From positions 1-13,494 of the forward strand of contig JBJCIZ010001358.1 of assembly GCA_051294375.1 (NCBI GenBank): a stretch of 13,494 bases of DNA, read 5' to 3'. How positions within the stretch are numbered: the stretch's first letter is position 1; each line of letters begins with the position of its first letter. The stretch is from Paraspadella gotoi (taxonomy: Eukaryota; Animalia; Chaetognatha). Shown in pieces: positions 8,514 through 13,494 of the stretch. The notes under the pieces are model-generated. The model was not told where the DNA came from, did not search any database, and worked only from the letters and a program-made list of their open reading frames with translations. The translations under genes were made by a program, and so were the position numbers.

Positions 8514-11500
8514 TCAGCAGTCGTTGTTGTTGTTGTTGTTGTTTCCGTTTTCGACTTGTTGGCGTCGCAGCATCTCCTTTAGCACGATAGCATATGTTGG
8601 TCTGTTGTTGTTGTAGTTGTTGTTGTTGTTGTGCGATCGCGTACGAGGTTTATTTGAAAAGTTTTCACGTGTTGGCTCATTGTTTATTTTTTCGTTGTTG
8701 TTGTTTTCTTCTTGCTCCGCTGCGGATGAAGTTGCTGTGCGTGAGGCTGAGAGAATGAGAAGGCGGATGCAAAAAATGTAAAGGCTGAAGGGGAGGGTCG
8801 GGGAAAGTGGGGTTGATCGGTAGAGCGGGGAAGGCGGGGGGAGGAGGAGGAGGAGGAGGAGGAGGAAGCGAAGCAAAGGCGACGCGCGGCGGAGCGAGTT
8901 ACTCTGGTTGTTGGTCGCCGGCTGCCTCGTTCTGGGGCCGGGTCGGCGGCCGGGTGCTCGTTCTTGGCGTGGCTCAGGGTCGACGTCCAGTTCCTCGTCG
9001 CTTATCCACGCTGGCTTAACTCTAGCAATATTTATCGTTTCGCGTCCTTTGCTTGGGATCTCGACAGTCATGTTGAGGCCGTTTCGGTGGATCACGCGGT
9101 AAGGTCCTTCGTAGGGAGTGACTAGTGATGGCTGCACACTAGGTCGTCGTACGAAAACATACTGGGCTGACTCCAGGTTTGCCGGAAGGTGTACTGAAGG
9201 TTGTTGATGTGCTGAGGTCGGAGTTGGCTGCAGTCGAGCGACTTCAAGACGAAGTTTTGACAATTGATTTCTGCGGTATTGGTTTAGAGTGGTGTTATTT
9301 GACTGGGCATCGCCAAGCATACTGCCCGGAATGCTCAAGCCCTCGCCAAACACTAGGTCGGCTGCAGAGGCGCCGACATCTTCCTTAATTGTCGTTCGAA
9401 TTGCTAGCAATGTCAGAGGTAGTTTCCAAAACCACTGTTCTCGTTCCTCATTTACCAAGGCCATGAGTGATTCTTTGAGTCTTCGGTGGAACCTTTCTAC
9501 CAATCCGTTGGCCTGTGGATGGTATGCCGTCGTGGTTTGGTGTTTAATGCCCCATTGATTCATTAACTGACGCCAAAGGGTTGAGGTGAACTGGCTTCCG
9601 CGGTCTGTAGTTATTACAGATGGGGTTCCGAAAATGCTGATCCAGTTGAGGCTCAGTGCATCGAGAATTGTGGGCGTAAGGGTGTCGCGAATTGGGATTG
9701 CTGTCGGCCATCTCGAAAATCGGTCGACGATGGTCAGAAGGTGAGCGAATCCGTTAGACTTGGGCATTTTAACTAGGTCGAGATTTAGGTGCTGAAATCG
9801 GCGAGGTGGAATCTTAAATTCTCCGATCTCGGGCACTACGTGTCTCGTGATTTTTGCCCTTTGGCAGTCGATACAATCTCGTGCCCATTTCGTAACATCC
9901 TGCCGCATGCTTGTCCATACAAATTTTGCTGCAACGGCCTTCCGAGTTGCTTCGACGCCGGGATGACCGAGTCCATGGATTATTTCAAAGATTTTCCGGC
10001 GCCAAGATGCTGGAACAAACGGACGAGCTGGGCCGTTTGATATGTCGACGAGGAGTTCCTCGTCGCCTACTCTGATTTTTCGAAATGTCAAACCGGATCT
10101 GGCGTCTTCTGAGATTTTCTGGAAATCTGGGTCAAGTGTCTGTTCTCGCGCCATTTGTTCGAAATTGATTTCAAAACTCGTCAACGATGAGATGAGTGCG
10201 TGGGCGTCTTCTAGACGGTTGGGCTTGATGCCTCGTTCCGAATTCTCATTGACTTGCTGGTCGTCTACTGGCACAGCTCTAGGTTGCTCGTTTGACGATG
10301 TTTCAGTCGGTCGGTCGGCTTTGGTCTCTATTTTTTGTGTTTCGGTTGGTTGGTCAGCTTTAGTCTCGGTTTTTTCGGCATCGTTTTTCTGCAATGATGT
10401 CGCCAAAGTATTTGGACGAGATAAGGCGTCGGCTACTACATTCGCCTTGCCCTTGAGGTAGCGAATGTCTGTAGTAAACTCGGCGATTACCGACAGTTGG
10501 TAAGATTGGCGCACTGTTTGTGGCTCTGTTTTCTTGCGAATTGCAGACACAAGACTCTGATGGTCTGTGTATAACGTGAAGGCTCTACCTTCAACCCAAT
10601 GCCGAAAATGCCGTACAGCACGGAAAGCTCCAAAGAGTTCTCTGTCGAAAGGCGGCCAGAGCTTCTGGTTTTTAGCTAGCTTAGCTGAGAAGAAAGCTAG
10701 TGGTTCCCAGCCTTTTGGTCCACGCTGTTCAAGCACGGCGCCCACTGCATGGTCCGAGGCGTCTGTCGTTATACACAGCTGGGCTCCTGTCCGGGGATGA
10801 TGAAGTAACGCTGCTGTGATAAGGCCTTCCTTGATAGCTTTGAAAGCTCTTTCGCAGTCCTCGGTCCAATTTAAGGTCTTGGGTTTGCCGCTCAAGGCCT
10901 CGTAGAGAGGGGCACATCGATGTGCAACCTTCGGAATGAATCGGCGATAGTAGTTGATCATTCCGAGAAATCTCTGCAACTCCTTGATCGATGTGGGCCT
11001 TGTTGTTTCCCTGAGGGTCTGTACTCGCTCGGGAAGGGGTCGAACGCCGTTTTTGTCGACTAGAAAACCCAAGAACTCGAGGGATTCTTGGCCTAATAGG
11101 CACTTTTTGGTATTGACTACCAATCCGTTTTCATCCAGTGCCTTGAAGACCCGTTCCAGATCTTCCATGTGCTCTTCGGGGGATGATGAGGCCACGAGAA
11201 TGTCGTCCAAGTACACGAATGTATGCGGAATATCTCCGAGTATCTCATCCATTAGTCGCTGAAAGTCCTGCCCAGCGTTTTTTAATCCAAATGGGCAGCG
11301 AGGAAAAACATAGAGTCCAAACGGCGTGATTACTGCCGTTTTTTTGACATCTTCTGGATTCACCGGGATTTGGTGATATCCCTTTAGAAGATCAATTTTT
11401 GAGAAAATTGTTTTTCCTTCGAGTTGAGAGTTAAAGTCAGTAAGCAGCTTTACTGGATAGCGGTCGTCGATCGTTTGGGCATTAAGGCGCCGGTAGTCGC

Positions 11501-12221
11501 CGCAACAGCGCCATCCGCCATCGGGTTTGGAGACTACGTGAAGTGGGGACGACCACTCTGACTTTCCTCTCTTTGCAATCCCCAGGGAGACCATTTTCTC
11601 TAGTTCTCGTTTCGCTACTGCCAATTTTTCCGGGTCGAGGCGGCGAGCTCGCGATTGACAGGGGCGTCCTTCTGTCGGGATCGAATGAGTGACGCCGTGT
11701 TTGGGGTCCTTTAGTTCAAAGGTCGGCGTCGACAAGGAGGGGAAAGACTCAAGGAGCTTGTAGTATTTTTCGCCTTTTCGATCCACGAAATTGACATGAG
11801 CGGAGGTTTCGTTTGCCGTTGACGCCGCTATCGTCGAATAGTCTCTGAGATCAAGTAAAAGGCCGTCTCGGTGGTTGGGGGCCAGGAAATTTTCCGCGAG
11901 AAAATCGGCGCCTAAGATGTTTTGTTTTACCTCTGCGACGACGAATTGATATTGAAACTTCCTGTTCCCAAGCTGCACTGTCCTCTCGATGGTCCCGTAG
12001 CAATCTATTGGTGATCCGTTTGCTGCTTGAAGTTTTGTTGTTGGATCCGGTCCAGTAGCTCGTTGCTGCGGCGTTGGAGGGACGATTGATAGCAGAGCGC
12101 CACCGTCTACCAGCCATTTGGTCCTATCCCCGGCGTCTCGAATGAAAAGAAGGTCGTTGGAAACCGGTGAGCTTGTTGACTTGTGGGGGACGGCGTTCAC
12201 CTGCGGCGTCCCCCCTTGAAG
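8514..12221 (-). CDS. pol: Pol polyprotein (protease, RT, RNase H, integrase with GPY/F), probably made as a Gag-Pol -1 frameshift fusion
   Basis: PR LVDGGA (DGGA at 12096-12107) and ILGADFL; RT DYRRLN, IDLLKGYHQI, PFGLKNA, YLDD (11202-11213); RH TDAS (10755-10766), DREL, YTDH, ADALSR; IN HHCC (HGLGH...CIDC), LDLV/TDRGSQF/NGLVERFH, GPY (9099-9107). No internal stop over more than 1200 codons. The ORF-track start at 12200 is GTG, not ATG. Confidence 0.97.
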   Translation of the reverse strand, partial: LQGGTPQVNAVPHKSTSSPVSNDLLFIRDAGDRTKWLVDGGALLSIVPPTPQQRATGPDPTTKLQAANGSPIDCYGTIERTVQLGNRKFQYQFVVAEVKQNILGADFLAENFLAPNHRDGLLLDLRDYSTIAASTANETSAHVNFVDRKGEKYYKLLESFPSLSTPTFELKDPKHGVTHSIPTEGRPCQSRARRLDPEKLAVAKRELEKMVSLGIAKRGKSEWSSPLHVVSKPDGGWRCCGDYRRLNAQTIDDRYPVKLLTDFNSQLEGKTIFSKIDLLKGYHQIPVNPEDVKKTAVITPFGLYVFPRCPFGLKNAGQDFQRLMDEILGDIPHTFVYLDDILVASSSPEEHMEDLERVFKALDENGLVVNTKKCLLGQESLEFLGFLVDKNGVRPLPERVQTLRETTRPTSIKELQRFLGMINYYRRFIPKVAHRCAPLYEALSGKPKTLNWTEDCERAFKAIKEGLITAALLHHPRTGAQLCITTDASDHAVGAVLEQRGPKGWEPLAFFSAKLAKNQKLWPPFDRELFGAFRAVRHFRHWVEGRAFTLYTDHQSLVSAIRKKTEPQTVRQSYQLSVIAEFTTDIRYLKGKANVVADALSRPNTLATSLQKNDAEKTETKADQPTETQKIETKADRPTETSSNEQPRAVPVDDQQVNENSERGIKPNRLEDAHALISSLTSFEINFEQMAREQTLDPDFQKISEDARSGLTFRKIRVGDEELLVDISNGPARPFVPASWRRKIFEIIHGLGHPGVEATRKAVAAKFVWTSMRQDVTKWARDCIDCQRAKITRHVVPEIGEFKIPPRRFQHLNLDLVKMPKSNGFAHLLTIVDRFSRWPTAIPIRDTLTPTILDALSLNWISIFGTPSVITTDRGSQFTSTLWRQLMNQWGIKHQTTTAYHPQANGLVERFHRRLKESLMALVNEEREQWFWKLPLTLLAIRTTIKEDVGASAADLVFGEGLSIPGSMLGDAQSNNTTLNQYRRNQLSKLRLEVARLQPTPTSAHQQPSVHLPANLESAQYVFVRRPSVQPSLVTPYEGPYRVIHRNGLNMTVEIPSKGRETINIARVKPAWISDEELDVDPEPRQERAPGRRPGPRTRQPATNNQSNSLRRASPLLRFLLLLLLLLPPPSPLYRSTPLSPTLPFSLYIFCIRLLILSASRTATSSAAEQEENNNNEKINNEPTRENFSNKPRTRSHNNNNNYNNNRPTYAIVLKEMLRRQQVENGNNNNNNNDC
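10299..10376 (-). repeat. 39-bp x2 in-frame tandem duplication in the RH-IN linker
   Basis: EKTETKADQPTET / QKIETKADRPTET; 31 of 39 nt identical. Confidence 0.9.
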
Positions 12222-12227
12222 TTTCCC
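12166..12227 (-). promoter_or_regulatory. programmed -1 ribosomal frameshift signal
   Basis: G GGA AAC in the gag frame (12221-12227), 6-nt spacer, 8-bp stem GGGGGACG/CGTCCCCC, loop GGTGA complementary to downstream TCACC. pol is in the -1 frame, which has a TGA immediately before the heptamer. Confidence 0.88.
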
Positions 12228-13276
12228 TCACGCTTCTTCTGGACTTCTTCGTACCTGGCGCATCCCGGGTCACAGGACCAAGCCTCGTCGCCGAACTTGA
12301 CGTGTTTTGCGCATAACGTCGTAAGCTTGGGCTTGCCTTTCCCCTTTTGCGCTGGATTCTGGCGCCTTTTGTTGCCGGCGTATTTTCGATGTTTGTCGAC
12401 GGCGTTTACAGTCTCCTCATCTTCCGAATCTGATTCGTAGTGATCTCGGCGGTTTTTGTCGATGTTGCTGATCAATGAGGATGTTTGTTTGATTTTCAGG
12501 TTGCCGTCATTGTCGTAGTGTCGATCGGCGAGTTGACATAACTCGCTGGCGGTCATCTCGTCTGCCTTGTCTTCGAGTTGTCGGCGGATTTCGTTGGGCA
12601 ATTCTCGCAAGATTTTCTCTTTTCTTATATCGTCGAGGCTGAGGGTCTTCGTTTTCTCCTCGAGTTGAGCGAGCATTTTCGAAGGTTTGACGCCATCGAC
12701 GTCGAGAGAATCGAGAATATTGGCGGCCTGTTGGCGCCGGGTGAGGCCGTACTCCTTCCTCAAGTAGTCGATGAATTGATCCCATGATTCCGCGCTGGCC
12801 TCGCCAAAGAGAAATTGGTTAATCCTTGGGTCAACGTTTATCCCGATCTTTGACTCAAGATGGGCAAATTTGTTCTTTGGGGCGACGATACCAGCTCGCG
12901 TGTAGGCCGCCTCTACTCGTTTAATCCATATCTCGATGTTGGTAACATCGAAATCGGGCAGGTCTGGCTTGCGATTGGAGGCTCTCTCCAATGCACGTGT
13001 TGCAGCGGCGAGTGCGGAGCGTAGCTCGTCGTTTTCATCTCTGAGATTTCGCGAGGCGGCGCCGTTTGTCGCCATCTCGACGTCCCGGAAATTCTCGGCG
13101 CCGAGTGTCTGGAAAGCGAAAGTTGGTGCAGCGTCGGCGAACGCTGGCGAAGCTGATCGAGAACGTTGTCCTCTGCCGAATCCAAAAGGCACTTGAAGCC
13201 TTGTTGCTTCACTGCTTTGCTCCTCGATGTTGCATTGAGCTGATCGGAGGCGTGATCGCAGGTCCGACCCGCTCAT
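12197..13276 (-). CDS. gag: Gag (359 aa from the first ATG; frame open from a GTG at 13354)
   Basis: Capsid-like LPDFDVTNIEIWIKRVEAAY...KFAHL and a C-terminal C-x2-H-x9-C-x3-C knuckle (CAKHVKFGDEAWSCDPGC). Lies between the PBS and pol. Start codon is inferred. Confidence 0.9.
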   Translation of the reverse strand: MSGSDLRSRLRSAQCNIEEQSSEATRLQVPFGFGRGQRSRSASPAFADAAPTFAFQTLGAENFRDVEMATNGAASRNLRDENDELRSALAAATRALERASNRKPDLPDFDVTNIEIWIKRVEAAYTRAGIVAPKNKFAHLESKIGINVDPRINQFLFGEASAESWDQFIDYLRKEYGLTRRQQAANILDSLDVDGVKPSKMLAQLEEKTKTLSLDDIRKEKILRELPNEIRRQLEDKADEMTASELCQLADRHYDNDGNLKIKQTSSLISNIDKNRRDHYESDSEDEETVNAVDKHRKYAGNKRRQNPAQKGKGKPKLTTLCAKHVKFGDEAWSCDPGCARYEEVQKKREGNFKGGRRR

Positions 13277-13434
13277 CGATGCGTTTGGGCCGTCGAGTTG
13301 CCGTGGGGGAAGTGGAAGTAAAGAGGGAGAGTGTGAGTGGATTGAGCGATTCACTTAATCTCAAATCTCTCGCTCAATCTTACCTCGAAAAAAGGTTTAA
13401 ATCCGCTGGCTTCTCCCCTTGAAGGTTGGTCTTG

Positions 13435-13452
13435 CTCGTCGTTGTCTCACCA
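13435..13452 (-). promoter_or_regulatory. primer binding site (TGGTGAGACAACGACGAG); cognate tRNA uncertain
   Basis: Starts with TGG (complement of tRNA CCA) 2 nt downstream of the 5' LTR end. Confidence 0.75.
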
Positions 13453-13454
13453 TG

Positions 13455-13494
13455 TGTGGCAGGGTCCCGAAGGTCAGCCACAGCGTAACGTAGG
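13455..13494 (-). repeat. 5' LTR, U5 end only (truncated by the window)
   Basis: 40 bp similar to 7630-7669. Ends in CA on the minus strand, 2 nt before a TGG-initiated PBS. Confidence 0.9.

Larger units (their letters stand above)
7630..13494 (-). mobile_element. Ty3/Gypsy LTR retrotransposon, CsRN1-like; 5' LTR runs off the right edge
   Basis: Minus-strand order LTR end - PBS - gag - pol (PR-RT-RH-IN, Gypsy order) - PPT - LTR. The LTR terminus tgtggcagggtcc...gtcagccaca...gcgtaacgtagg occurs at both 7630 and 13455. No env-sized ORF between pol and the 3' LTR. Confidence 0.96.

Noticed and set aside
8807-13422. Short plus-strand and alternative-frame ORFs overlapping gag and pol
   Set aside because: Expected shadows of long coding sequence; no motifs.
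1-13494. CRISPR array or prokaryotic operon-type system
   Set aside because: No repeat-spacer periodicity or bacterial gene organisation; the content is eukaryotic.

Overview
Eukaryotic, probably invertebrate-animal, genomic DNA; the host cannot be identified from this window. The right part (7630 to the window end) is a minus-strand Ty3/Gypsy LTR retrotransposon with uninterrupted ORFs, most like the CsRN1/Kabuki/Boudicca lineage (CHCC-type Gag knuckle). It has a ~629-bp 3' LTR (7630-8258), a PPT, pol (PR-RT-RH-IN-GPY/F plus a long low-complexity tail), gag, a PBS, and the last 40 bp of the 5' LTR at the window edge. Gag and Pol are joined by a -1 frameshift cassette (G GGA AAC plus a predicted pseudoknot). 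The left 7.6 kb is AT-rich and microsatellite-rich, with several candidate small plus-strand exons of an unidentified gene. Most notable unexplained signals: two islands of stacked, G-U-rich plus-strand hairpins (2443-2755 and 3900-3995), a tRNA-like B-box unit inside the LTR, unexpectedly divergent LTR ends, an atypical PBS and protease motif, and simple repeats placed right after candidate splice donors. All structures were paired by eye; no folding program or database search was run.
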